From an uncultured Actinomycetes bacterium (GTDB lineage Bacteria > Actinomycetota > Thermoleophilia > UBA2241): a DNA stretch of 61,285 nucleotides. Shown here in pieces: positions 1-9,254 of the stretch; within the stretch, counting starts at the first letter, position 1; each line of letters opens with the position of its first letter. The DNA lies in NCBI GenBank assembly GCA_963755025.1, contig CAVWIH010000039.1:1-61285 (forward strand). The letters run 5' to 3'. The position numbers were made by a program, and so were the translations under genes. Under the pieces are notes generated by a model that searched no databases, was not told the DNA's origin, and was given only the letters and a program-made list of their open reading frames with translations.

Positions 1-427
1 CGATGAGCGCCTTGCGGCCGCGGGCGCGCCCGGCTGAGATCCAGTCCATGGCCAGGGTCAGGCCGGCGAGTCCTCCGAGGCAGGCGTGCTTGGTCTCGAC
101 GCTGCGACAGTTGCGGGGCAGACCGAGGTGTTCGTGGACGTAGGTCGCCACCGGCTTGCTGTAGTCGACCCCGGTCTCGGTGCCCACGACGAGCGTGCCG
201 ATCTCGAGCGGGTCGATGTCGAAGTTCTGGAGCGCCTTGCGCCCGGCGGAGATCGCCAGGCTCACCGTGTCTTCGCAGGGCGTCGGCACCGCCATCGCGG
301 TCTGCCCGAGGCCCTTGACGTACTTGGCCGGCTCGACGCCGCGCGCCAGCGCAAGCTCGACCATGTCGAGGTAACTGCCGGGGCCGTGAAAGGCCATGGC
401 GTCGATGCCCACTGTCTTCACGGTCAC
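1..427 (-). CDS. mvaS: Hydroxymethylglutaryl-CoA synthase family protein (5' part; runs off window start)
   Basis: Not in the ORF track. Manual translation gives VGIDAMAFHGPGSYLDMVELALARGVEPAKYVKGLGQ..PCEDTVSLA..VGTETGVDYSKPV..VETKHACLGG, matching HMGS motifs (catalytic Glu in GTE, catalytic Cys in KHAC). GTG start with a G-rich RBS. Confidence 0.8.
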   Translation of the reverse strand, partial: MTVKTVGIDAMAFHGPGSYLDMVELALARGVEPAKYVKGLGQTAMAVPTPCEDTVSLAISAGRKALQNFDIDPLEIGTLVVGTETGVDYSKPVATYVHEHLGLPRNCRSVETKHACLGGLAGLTLAMDWISAGRARGRKALI

Positions 428-547
428 GGCGATCCCCCCCGATTGTCGCAGAGCGAGCGAATCCTAGCACCGGGCTGGTGCGCCGGGCACTGTTGGCGCG
501 AAACGCCCCCGGGCGCCGCCCCGATGACCTGATGATAGGGTGACGCC

Positions 548-1033
548 ATGGACGAGGACTCGATCCCGGCAGCGGCCCGCGCACTCATCGGCGTCGCCAA
601 GGTGCGCCAGCGCACCGTGACGAGCCACGATATCCGGCGCTTCGCGCAGGCGATCGGGGCCACCGATGCCGTCCATTTCGACGAGGCCTACGCGCGCACG
701 ACACGGCACGGCGCGATCGTCGCTCCGCCGCTGTTCTGTCAGGCGCTCGCCTACGACGACGTGCCGCCCGAGAGCCTGCCGCCCGACGGCTCGCCGCTCG
801 AGCTCAGCGTGCCGATCCCGGCGCAGCGCACGGTCGGCGGGGGCAGCGACTACACCGTCCACCGGCTCGTGCGAGCGGGTGAGACGATCACCGTCACGTC
901 GCAGCTCAAAGGCATCTCCACCAAGCGGGGCAGGAGCGGCCTGCTGTACCTCGTGGTCGTCGAGACGCGCTTCGACGACGAGGGCGGCGCACCGGTAGCC
1001 TGCGAGACGGCCACGTTCATCAAGCGGGTCTGA
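548..1033 (+). CDS. MaoC/FAS1-like hot-dog dehydratase, N-terminal-type subunit (HadA-like)
   Basis: DIRRFAQAIG..VHFDEAYARTTRHGAIVAPPLF and a YTVHRLVRAGETITV hot-dog strand pattern. Confidence 0.8.
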   Translation: MDEDSIPAAARALIGVAKVRQRTVTSHDIRRFAQAIGATDAVHFDEAYARTTRHGAIVAPPLFCQALAYDDVPPESLPPDGSPLELSVPIPAQRTVGGGSDYTVHRLVRAGETITVTSQLKGISTKRGRSGLLYLVVVETRFDDEGGAPVACETATFIKRV

Positions 1034-1040
1034 GGCCGTC

Positions 1041-1490
1041 ATGCCCCTGAGCGCCTCAGATTGGGAGCGGCTCCGGCTCCCCGCGCCGATCCCCGAGCTG
1101 GTCGTCACTCCCGATCGCCGGCAGATCTTCATGTTCAGCGCGGCCACCTGGAACCGCCATCACATCCACTACGACAAGGACGCCGCGCTCTCTGAGGGCC
1201 TGCCCGACGTCGTCGTGCAGCGCGCGCTGATCGGCAGCTTCTTCGCGCGGCTGCTCACCGAGTGGGCCGGCGACTCGGCCGAGGTCGGCAACGTATCGTG
1301 GCGGGTGACGCAGTCGGCGCTGCCCGGCAGGGCGCTGCGCTGCGCGGGCGACGTGGTGGCCGTGGAGACTTCAGGCGGCGAACGCTACGCCGAGTGCGAG
1401 CTGCGCATGCACGACGAGGCGGGGCGCGCCATCGCCGCGGGCAGCGCGCGCCTGCGCCTGCTCTCGACCGAACAGGAGACGGCGCCATGA
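1041..1490 (+). CDS. MaoC family dehydratase, catalytic-type subunit
   Basis: FSAATWNRHHIHYDKDAALSEGLPDVVVQ hydratase-2/HTD2-like motif; 7 nt after the previous gene. Confidence 0.8.
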   Translation: MPLSASDWERLRLPAPIPELVVTPDRRQIFMFSAATWNRHHIHYDKDAALSEGLPDVVVQRALIGSFFARLLTEWAGDSAEVGNVSWRVTQSALPGRALRCAGDVVAVETSGGERYAECELRMHDEAGRAIAAGSARLRLLSTEQETAP

Positions 1491-2152
1491 CCGAGTTCAC
1501 AGTCCCCGGGGCGGCTGCCATCAGCAACATGCGCCGGCGCTTCGGCACCCTCGCCGCGGGGCAGCACGCGCTGTACCGGCTGGCGAACACGGTGATGCGG
1601 CTCGAGTGGCTGAACATCATCGTCCTCGACCGCGAGCGCCTGCGGCCGCTCGACCCGGCGCGCACCGCGCGACTCAGCTCGCACCTGGCCACGCTCCCCG
1701 AGCTCGAGGCCATGCAGCCCGACCCCCGGCTCGACATGCACCCGGGCCGGCTCGACGCGTTCCGCGCGGGCGACTCCTGCCTGCTCAGCTTCGTCGACGG
1801 CGAGCTCGCCGGGTACACCTGGGCGCACACGATGGGGCGGCCCGAGCTGGTCCCCGGCCTCGTGGTCTCGGTGCCGTCACGGTTCCTCTACAACTACGCG
1901 GCTCTCACTCTGCCCGAGTTCCGCGGGCTCGGGCTGCAGCCCTACCGGCATCGCGAGCTGTTGAGCACCGGCAGGTGGCGCGACAAGCAGGGCCTGCTCG
2001 GATTCGTCCTGCAGACGAACTTCGCGTCGCGGCACGGCCAGGCCAAGAGCGGCTACCGTACGATCGGCTCGATCTGCCTGGTCGGGGGCCGCCGTCACTT
2101 CGTGGCGCTGTTCTCGCCTTCGCTGCGCCGCTTGGGCATGCGCCGGCTGTAG
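1487..2152 (+). CDS. GNAT-fold protein
   Basis: ATGA overlap with the upstream stop and RBS AGGAGA; ELAGYTW and TLPEFRGLGL acetyl-CoA-binding motif A. Confidence 0.6.
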   Translation: MTEFTVPGAAAISNMRRRFGTLAAGQHALYRLANTVMRLEWLNIIVLDRERLRPLDPARTARLSSHLATLPELEAMQPDPRLDMHPGRLDAFRAGDSCLLSFVDGELAGYTWAHTMGRPELVPGLVVSVPSRFLYNYAALTLPEFRGLGLQPYRHRELLSTGRWRDKQGLLGFVLQTNFASRHGQAKSGYRTIGSICLVGGRRHFVALFSPSLRRLGMRRL

Positions 2153-2398
2153 GCGCCGCCTCCCCCGCGACCGGCCGGAGCGGTGGCCTTAAGCGGGGCT
2201 GCGCGTCGTCGAGCGCTCTTCACGCGGCCTTGCGCCGGGCTGGCCCGGCGGCGGAGCGCCTTCGACTTCCGGTGCCGGAGGCGCTCGCGGCGCCCTGCCG
2301 GGGCGCCGGCGGTCGCGGTGGTTTGTCGCGTTCGTCTGCCATCGCCGGGATGTCCTTCGGGCGCCGTCCGCGCCGCCTGATAGTGTTGGGCCACTTAA

Positions 2399-2746
2399 GC
2401 CCACGGCCGAAAGGCGCGCCGCTTCGGGTCGTTCGCCCTCACCGCTCACCCCGGCAGCTACCTGCTGTGCGCGCGAGGCAGCTGGCGCACGACCCAGTTG
2501 CTCAACCGCATCGGCGCCGCCAATGCCGAGCTGGTCTGGTCGATGTGGGGCGGCTACTGGGCGCGCGACGACTGCGCGACGCGCACGTGGGCCGAACGCG
2601 AGGGGGTCGAGGCGCACTTCATCCACAGTGGCGGCCACGCCTGGCCCGACGACCTCGAGCGCCTGACGGCGGCGTTGCAGCCGGGCCTGGTCGAGATCGT
2701 GCACACCGACAGGGGCGAGCGGCCGGCGGCGACGGCAGGTCTGTGA
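2399..2746 (+). pseudogene. 5'-truncated remnant of an MBL-fold/beta-CASP (RNase J-like) hydrolase
   Basis: Only the C-terminal motifs are present (LVWSMWGGYW, IHSGGHA, LQP..VHTD). An in-frame stop at 2396 precedes them and there is no HxHxDH domain. Confidence 0.6.
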
Positions 2747-2976
2747 GGGAGCCGGTGGCCGCGTCCCGGGCGCTCTGACCCGTATGTCGTACGTTTTGTC
2801 TAGAGAAACGGCAGGGGGGCAGGCTGCTTATGCGGGCGACTGTCGGCTGGTCTGTCGCCGCAGGGAGAGCACGCACCGACAAACGTATGGCGCCGGCAGG
2901 CGCGATGCGCCTTTTGCCGCTTGCGTGCGAGGCCAGGCTTTGCAGCCGCAGAAGGTCCACAGGAGGTGAGATTCGC

Positions 2977-3381
2977 ATGAAGCACACGCACAGGGATCAG
3001 AGCGGGTTCACGCTCATCGAGATCCTCATCGTGATCGTCATCATCAGCATCCTGGCCGCCATCGCCATCCCGGCGTACCTGAGCCAGCGCGGCAAGGCCA
3101 AGAATGCCGCGGTGAGGGAGGGCATCCATTCCATCCAGATCGGCGTGCAGAGCTACGCCCTCGATAACAGCGACGCCTACCCGCCGGCTGTGGCCACCAG
3201 CGCGGCGCTTGTCGACTCCCAGGGCAAGGCGTACGTCGACCAGTGGCCCAAGAACCCCGTCACCGGCGCCCTCATGAAGGACAGCACCGCGCAAGGCGAC
3301 TACACCTACACGTCCGCCGCGACCAACTCGTTCACGCTGGTCGGCCACACGGTGAGCGGAGCAGACTACACGGTCCCCTGA
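2977..3381 (+). CDS. Type IV pilin / prepilin-type protein (paralogue 1)
   Basis: RBS AGGAGG; class III signal DQSG/FTLIEILIVIVIISILAAIAIP with Glu5. Confidence 0.9.
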   Translation: MKHTHRDQSGFTLIEILIVIVIISILAAIAIPAYLSQRGKAKNAAVREGIHSIQIGVQSYALDNSDAYPPAVATSAALVDSQGKAYVDQWPKNPVTGALMKDSTAQGDYTYTSAATNSFTLVGHTVSGADYTVP

Positions 3382-3508
3382 GCGGCGGCGCGCCGCCGCT
3401 ACCTTCCCTGCAACGTTGCCCGACTTGCCGTCGCGGACGGGAACCGTCCCGACCGAGTCCTTAAGGGCACGGGCGTAAGTCTCTGACTGCAGGGAGGGTG
3501 GTAGCAGG

Positions 3509-3637
3509 GTGTCACTCGCGATCGATCTGGTCGTCATGTCGGCTGTCGCCCTGCTGCTCGCCGGCGAGGCGGTGTACTCGTGGCGCCTGCGTCTGCCGCA
3601 GCCGCTCAAGGTTCACACGACCTTGGTAGAGCGCTAA
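3509..3637 (+). CDS. Putative 42-aa single-pass membrane peptide
   Basis: Below the ORF-track cutoff; MSLAIDLVVMSAVALLLAGEAVYSWRLRLPQPLKVHTTLVER; GC3-biased codons; GGGAGG upstream. Confidence 0.4.
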   Translation: MSLAIDLVVMSAVALLLAGEAVYSWRLRLPQPLKVHTTLVER

Positions 3638-3671
3638 CCACTGTGCCGGCGCTAACAATCCTGCTCACACC

Positions 3672-3700
3672 TTGTTTTAGGGGAACGTCGGTGCTAACAT
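3672..3700 (+). promoter_or_regulatory. Sigma70-type promoter upstream of the sigma-factor leader
   Basis: TTGTTT-N17-TAACAT with extended -10 TG (TGcTAACAT). Confidence 0.5.
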
Positions 3701-3760
3701 GGCGTGTCCGGTCCGCCGGATAGTCAAGGTACCCCTCAGGTACCTCCACGGCTCCTCGAG

Positions 3761-3788
3761 AGCCCCACGGTGGCCGTGGGGCTTTTTT
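3761..3788 (+). terminator. Rho-independent terminator inside the sigma gene leader
   Basis: Perfect 10-bp stem AGCCCCACGG-tgg-CCGTGGGGCT followed by a T tract. Confidence 0.75.
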
Positions 3789-3860
3789 CAGCGGCCCGGC
3801 AAGACCTAGTCGAGCGCCCCCGTGCGGGCCGCTCCCGCCACAACGAGAAGGGCAACGACT

Positions 3861-4973
3861 GTGAGTGACGCAGTACAAGAGCGCCCGGCAAACGAGCCGC
3901 CCGACCTCGACAGCGAAGAGGTGCGCGAGCTTCTGGCCGAAGGCCGCGAACAGGGCTTTCTGACCGCCGAACACGTTCAGGACCGGCTGCAAGACGTCGA
4001 ACTGAGCGCCGAGCAGATCGACGACCTCTTCATGGCGTTCAACGAGCTCAGCATCGACATCGTCGAAAGCGACGCGCCGGTCCACGGCGCCGCTGCCGAG
4101 CCCGACGAACCCGCCACCCCCAAGCTCGACCTGTCGATCAAGACGCAGAGCAGCGATCCCGTGCGCTCCTATCTCACCGAGATCGGCAAGGTGCCGCTGC
4201 TTACCGGGGCCCAAGAGGTCGCCCTGGCCAAGCGCATCGAGCGCCACGACATGCAGGCCAAGCAGAAACTGATCGAAGCCAACCTCCGCCTGGTCGTCTC
4301 CATCGCCAAGCGGTACGGCTGGAGCAACATGTCGTTCCTCGACCTCATCCAGGAAGGCAACCTGGGCCTCATCCGCGCCGTCGAGAAGTTCGATTACCGC
4401 AGGGGCTACAAGTTCTCGACCTACGCCACGTGGTGGATCCGCCAGGCCATCACCCGCGGCATGGCCAATCAGGCGCGCACCATCCGCGTGCCGGCGCACA
4501 TGGTGGAGCAGATCAACAAGCTCGTACGCGTGCAGCGCAAGCTGCAGTCCGACAGCGCCCGCGAGCCTACCCCCGACGAGATCGCCGCCGAGATGGGCAT
4601 CACGCCGGCCAAGGTGCGCGAGATCCTCAAGATCAGCCAGCAGCCGCTCAGCCTCGAGTCGCCGATCGGCGACGAAGGCGACTCGCAGCTCGGCGACTTC
4701 ATCGAAGACAAAGACGCCACGCCCGCGGTCGAGGCGGTCAGCGACATCATGCAGAAAGAGGAGCTCAACGAGGTCCTCTCCATGCTGCCGTTCCGCGAGC
4801 GCAAGATCATCGAGCTGCGCTTCGGCCTGAAAGACCAGCAGCCGCGCACCCTCGAAGAGGTCGGCCAGACCTTCGACCTCACGCGCGAGCGCATCCGCCA
4901 GATCGAGAACAAGACGCTGGCCAAACTCACCAGCTACCGCGGCACCGAACGCCTCCGCGGCTTTTTGGACTGA
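3861..4973 (+). CDS. rpoD: RpoD/SigA-family sigma70 factor (probably a paralogue)
   Basis: Region 1.1-like N-terminus, [11 protein letters not shown] (1.2), [35 protein letters not shown] (2.x), [15 protein letters not shown] (4.2); GTG start at 3861 after GAAGGG. Confidence 0.9.
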   Translation: MSDAVQERPANEPPDLDSEEVRELLAEGREQGFLTAEHVQDRLQDVELSAEQIDDLFMAFNELSIDIVESDAPVHGAAAEPDEPATPKLDLSIKTQSSDPVRSYLTEIGKVPLLTGAQEVALAKRIERHDMQAKQKLIEANLRLVVSIAKRYGWSNMSFLDLIQEGNLGLIRAVEKFDYRRGYKFSTYATWWIRQAITRGMANQARTIRVPAHMVEQINKLVRVQRKLQSDSAREPTPDEIAAEMGITPAKVREILKISQQPLSLESPIGDEGDSQLGDFIEDKDATPAVEAVSDIMQKEELNEVLSMLPFRERKIIELRFGLKDQQPRTLEEVGQTFDLTRERIRQIENKTLAKLTSYRGTERLRGFLD

Positions 4974-5092
4974 CGTAGCGCACGCCCGAGCGGCGCCGAT
5001 AAAGTCGAGCGACGGCCTAAGCCGGGGTCGGTCTGGCAGCCGGGGCGGTAGACTTACGCCGAACGAGATCCCGGCTACTCGAGCGAGGCACC

Positions 5093-5971
5093 GTGACGAA
5101 CGACCCGACTCCCATCGCCCAGATCCAGCGCCGTTACGGCATCGTCGGGCGCCAGGCCGAGCTGGCTGCCGCCCTCGCCGTCGTGGGCGCCGGGCGCAAC
5201 CTGCTACTCGATGGCCCGGCCGGGGTCGGCAAGAGCACCGTGGCCCTGGCGATCTGCCGGTACGTCGATCGTGAGCCCGTGCGCGTCGACGGGGGCGTCG
5301 CCCAGGACGGCGCCGGCGTCGCCGGGCCTCTGGCTCAAGCCATGCGCGACGGCGGGCTGCTGTTCGTCGCCCGCCTCGACTGCCTGCCCGAGGCCGTGCA
5401 GAGCGCCCTGGCGAGCGCCCTGAAGGAGCGCGTCGTGCGCGTGTCCGGCGTCGGCGAGGTGCACGCCGCACCCGCCTTTGCCGCAGTGGCCACCTGCGAC
5501 CCCGGCGATCCACGCGGTGCGGGTCGGCTTGCCGGCGCGCTCGGCGAGCGCTTCGAGCGCCTCACGCTGGGCTACCAGAGCGCCGCCGACGAAGCGGCCA
5601 TCGTGGCCGCCGACAGCGGCTCCGACGACGTCTCGCTGGTCGGGGTCGCGGTGCGCGTGACGCGCGGCACGCGGCTGCATCCGGGGTTCGTCAGGGGCGC
5701 GTCGGTGCGCGGCGCGAGCGACATGGTGATAATCACCGAAGACCTCTGGGCCGAGAATCGCGACGCCTGCGGCGCCGTGAACCGCGAGACGCTGCGCCGC
5801 GCCGCCGAGGCGGCGCTGGCGCCGCTCGTCGAGCCGGCCGCCGGCTCCGACCCGGCGAACGCCCTCGACGACCTTCTCGAGCTCGTCTGCGGACGCGGCC
5901 AGGACCCCGATGTGGCGCTGGCGACCGACTCGACGCGCGCCGCCGGCCGCGGCGCGGCGCTCGAGCGCTAG
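5093..5971 (+). CDS. MoxR-like AAA+ ATPase, degenerate
   Basis: Walker A GPAGVGKS and a GASVRGA lid motif; the Walker B position reads LLFVARLD. Confidence 0.65.
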   Translation: MTNDPTPIAQIQRRYGIVGRQAELAAALAVVGAGRNLLLDGPAGVGKSTVALAICRYVDREPVRVDGGVAQDGAGVAGPLAQAMRDGGLLFVARLDCLPEAVQSALASALKERVVRVSGVGEVHAAPAFAAVATCDPGDPRGAGRLAGALGERFERLTLGYQSAADEAAIVAADSGSDDVSLVGVAVRVTRGTRLHPGFVRGASVRGASDMVIITEDLWAENRDACGAVNRETLRRAAEAALAPLVEPAAGSDPANALDDLLELVCGRGQDPDVALATDSTRAAGRGAALER

Positions 5972-5980
5972 GAGGACCAC

Positions 5981-7105
5981 GTGCGCATCGCTCCGTTCAT
6001 GGTCGAGCAGTGGATGAACGACCACGAGACCACGGCCACCTGGAACACCGCCGAGACCTGCGTCGATTCGTTGCGCCTCGAAGAGCTGCTCGACCTCTCC
6101 GGCGAGGGCGACGAGGTGCTGCGCCGCCTGCTCGAGACCCGCCTGGGCTACGGCGACATCGTCGGCTCGCCGCGGCTGCGCGCCGCCATAGCGGCGCTCT
6201 ACGGCGAGCGCATCACGGCCGCCCACGTCGTCACCGCCAACGGAGCCATCGGCGCCAACTCGCTGGCCCTGCTCGCCCTTGTCGAGGCCGGCGACACGGT
6301 GGTCTGCGTCAAGCCCACCTACCAGCAGCTCTACTCCATGCCCGAGGCGCTCGGCGCCACCGTCAAATCGCTGCGCCTACGCGAGGCCGACGGCTATCTG
6401 CCGGTGGTCGACGAGCTGCGCGCCCTCGTCGACGAGCGCACCCGGCTCATCGTCCTGAACAATCCCAACAACCCGACGGGCGCGCTCATGGGCGAGGCGC
6501 TGCTGCGCGAGATCGTCGAGGTCGCTCGCGCCGCGGGCGCCTGGATCCTGTGCGACGAGGTCTATCGCAGGCTCGAACACGAAGCGGGCACGACGGCGCC
6601 CTCGATCGTCGACCTCTACGAGAAGGGCGTGAGCACGGGCAGCACCAGCAAGAGCTACTCGCTGGCCGGCCTGCGCACCGGCTGGGTCGCCGGGCCGCCC
6701 GACGTGATGGCGCGCTGCGTCGCAATGCGCGACTACACGACGATCAGCTGCGGCGTGCTCGACGACGCGCTGGCGACCGTCGCCCTCGAGCACGTCGCCG
6801 CCGTGCTTGAGCGCAGCCTGCGGATCGTGCGCGGCAACCTCGCCCTGGTCGACGAGTGGCTCGCCAACGAGCCGCGCCTGCGCTACGTGCGGCCGCGGGC
6901 CGGCACCACTGCGCTCATCCGCTACGACTACAGGCTGCCCTCGGTCGAGCTCTGCCAGGCCATGTTCGACTTCAACGGCGCCTTCGTGGTGCCCGGCGCC
7001 GCCTTCGGCGAAGAGCACGCCTTTCGCCTGGGCTATGCCTGCGGGCGCGACGTGCTGGTCGGCGGCCTAGCCGCCATCTCCGACTACCTGCGCACGCTCG
7101 ACTAG
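5981..7105 (+). CDS. PLP-dependent aminotransferase class I/II
   Basis: NNPNNPTG, CDEVY, STSKSYSLAGLRTGW (PLP lysine). Confidence 0.9.
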   Translation: MRIAPFMVEQWMNDHETTATWNTAETCVDSLRLEELLDLSGEGDEVLRRLLETRLGYGDIVGSPRLRAAIAALYGERITAAHVVTANGAIGANSLALLALVEAGDTVVCVKPTYQQLYSMPEALGATVKSLRLREADGYLPVVDELRALVDERTRLIVLNNPNNPTGALMGEALLREIVEVARAAGAWILCDEVYRRLEHEAGTTAPSIVDLYEKGVSTGSTSKSYSLAGLRTGWVAGPPDVMARCVAMRDYTTISCGVLDDALATVALEHVAAVLERSLRIVRGNLALVDEWLANEPRLRYVRPRAGTTALIRYDYRLPSVELCQAMFDFNGAFVVPGAAFGEEHAFRLGYACGRDVLVGGLAAISDYLRTLD

Positions 7106-7203
7106 CCGACGCTCAAGCGTTTCGCCGCCGGCCCCACAGCGCCCGCGGGCGGCGCAGCCTGGCCGCCGATCGAGTGCCTGCGACGCGTCCCCCGCCCGTC
7201 TTT

Positions 7204-9204
7204 TCAGCGGGCGCCCTCGCCGTTCGCTTTGAGGTAGGCATCCATGTCGCCGCCGAACTCGGCGGCGATCATCTCGGCCAGGCGGCGCGCCTCGGCGTTC
7301 TGGGCCACAGAGGGGAAGGCGCTGTCGTCGGTGTGGGGCAGGAAGAGCGCGGCGTTGTACTCGTTCATGAACGCGTTGTCGGCCGAGAGCTCGACGTAGG
7401 TGATGCGGTCGGCGACGCGCTGCACCTCCTGGCGCATGTCGACGCACAGCAGCGTCATGTAGGCGCCCAGGGCGCTCGTGTTGCCGACGAAGGTGTAGCG
7501 GTCGACCGGCAGGTCGGGCAGCAGGCCTATGCGGACCGCTTTCTGCACGTCGATGTACTGGCCGAAGGCGCCTCCGATGAGGATCTGCTCGACGTCGGTC
7601 ATGGCCATGCCCACGCTCTTGCACAGCACCTCGCAGCCCGCGTAGACGGCCGCCTTGGCGCGCAGCAGGTTGGTGATGTCGCGGTCGTTGATGGCGATGT
7701 CCTTGCCGGTGACGCTGTCGGCGGCCCAGGCGACCACGTACTCGGGGCCGAGGTCGCCCTCGCGCACGTGGCGGCCGCGCAGGCGCATGTCGATGCAGCC
7801 CGAGCGGTCGATGATGCCCGTCATGAAGAGCTCGCCGAGCAGGTCGATCAGGCCGCTGCCGCACAGGCCGGCGGCGGGCGAGTTGCCGATGGTGCGATAG
7901 GACGACTCGAACGTGACGTCGTCGATCCAGACCCGCTCGATGGCGCCGGCCGTCGCCCGCATGCCGTGGCGCACACCGCCGCCCTCGAAGGCGGGTCCCG
8001 CCGAGCACGAGCAGGAGATGAGCCAGTCCTTCGTGCCCAGCACGATCTCGCCGTTCGTGCCTATGTCGAGGAACAGCGTGACCTTGTCGGTGGCGAAGAG
8101 GCCCGACGAGATGACCCCGGCGGTGATGTCGCCGCCGATGTAGCTGCTCACCGCGGGCATGCAATGCACGTGCGCCTGGCGGTTGAGCTTGAGGCCGACT
8201 TCGGCGGCCAGCATCTTCGGCGGGATGGTCATGGTGGGGATGTAGGGCTCGATGCGCAGGTACTTGGGGTCGAGGCCGAGCAGCAGGTGGGTCATGATCG
8301 TGTTGCCGGCGACGACCGCCTCGTGGATCGTGCGGTGTGACACGTCGTTGCGCTCGCAGAGCTCGTCGATGAGCTCGTTCATGGTGTCGAGGGCGAGGCG
8401 CTGCAGGTGGGCGAGGCCGTCGTCGCGCTGCGAGTAGACGATGCGCGAGATGACGTCGTCGCCGTACGAGATCTGCCGGTTGTAGGCGCTCGCGGTATCG
8501 ATCACCCGGGCGGTCGCGAAGTCGACCAGGTAGGCGACCACGCTAGTCGTGCCCAGGTCGATCGCCAGGCCGTACGACCCGGGGCGGTCGTCGCCCGCCG
8601 CGATGGCGATGACCCGCGGCGGCAGGTGGTGCCCGTTCACCAGGTCGCCCATCTCAAGGGTGACCGTCGCCTTCCAGTCGCCGTCACGCAGCCTGGCGGC
8701 CAGGTCTTTGAGGAGGGGCAGCGAGACGCTCGTCTCGGCGACGTCGTGGCGGGCGAGCTCGCGGTAGAGGCGGCCGAGGTCGCTCAGGCTGTCGGTGAGC
8801 GAGGGCGGCTCCATCTCGAGCGCGACCGAGCGCACGGCCGGGCTGCGGATCCAGTCGCAAGCCCTGGGGAGCGATTCGGGTTCGGCGCCGGCGTGGTCGC
8901 GAGGCGTGCCGGCGAGGCGCGCCATGCCGGCCGGGATGGTGACCTCGATATCGCCCGTCACCTGTGTCTGGCAGGCGAGCGCCGCGCCCGCGGCGATCTC
9001 GTCGGCGCTCAGGTGGGCGCTCGGGGGGCGGTTGACCCCGTCGCCGTGCACGGTCACCTTGCAGCGGCCGCAGCGGCCCTGGCCGCCGCAGGGAGCGTCG
9101 ATCTCGACGCCAGCGGCGATCGCCGCGTCGAGCAGGCCGGTGCCGACGTCGACCTCGACCGTGGCGCCGTCGGGCAGGAACGTGACTGAGGCTCGTTTCT
9201 TCAT
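7204..9204 (-). CDS. RACo/AcsV-like ATP-dependent corrinoid reductive activator (2Fe-2S + ASKHA, DUF4445-like)
   Basis: N-terminal CGGQGRCGRC..LACQ [2Fe-2S] motif; DLGTTSV, YGDDVISRI, DIGTNGE, SAGPAFEG, GLCGSG, GGAFG, GNTS. Confidence 0.9.
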   Translation of the reverse strand: MKKRASVTFLPDGATVEVDVGTGLLDAAIAAGVEIDAPCGGQGRCGRCKVTVHGDGVNRPPSAHLSADEIAAGAALACQTQVTGDIEVTIPAGMARLAGTPRDHAGAEPESLPRACDWIRSPAVRSVALEMEPPSLTDSLSDLGRLYRELARHDVAETSVSLPLLKDLAARLRDGDWKATVTLEMGDLVNGHHLPPRVIAIAAGDDRPGSYGLAIDLGTTSVVAYLVDFATARVIDTASAYNRQISYGDDVISRIVYSQRDDGLAHLQRLALDTMNELIDELCERNDVSHRTIHEAVVAGNTIMTHLLLGLDPKYLRIEPYIPTMTIPPKMLAAEVGLKLNRQAHVHCMPAVSSYIGGDITAGVISSGLFATDKVTLFLDIGTNGEIVLGTKDWLISCSCSAGPAFEGGGVRHGMRATAGAIERVWIDDVTFESSYRTIGNSPAAGLCGSGLIDLLGELFMTGIIDRSGCIDMRLRGRHVREGDLGPEYVVAWAADSVTGKDIAINDRDITNLLRAKAAVYAGCEVLCKSVGMAMTDVEQILIGGAFGQYIDVQKAVRIGLLPDLPVDRYTFVGNTSALGAYMTLLCVDMRQEVQRVADRITYVELSADNAFMNEYNAALFLPHTDDSAFPSVAQNAEARRLAEMIAAEFGGDMDAYLKANGEGAR

Positions 9205-9241
9205 GCTCCGGTTCTTCTCCCTGCTCCGGTTGTCTCGTTCT

Positions 9242-9254
9242 CTGGTTATACCAG
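9242..9254 (-). promoter_or_regulatory. Palindromic operator overlapping the -10 of the RACo gene
   Basis: CTGGT-ATA-ACCAG palindrome (TGGT-N3-ACCA, FadR/GntR-like) containing TGgTATAAC on the minus strand. Confidence 0.4.

Noticed and set aside
4995-5002. Fourth sigma28 promoter (GCCGATAA before the MoxR-like gene)
   Set aside because: Perfect -10 but no matching -35 at 15-16 nt spacing
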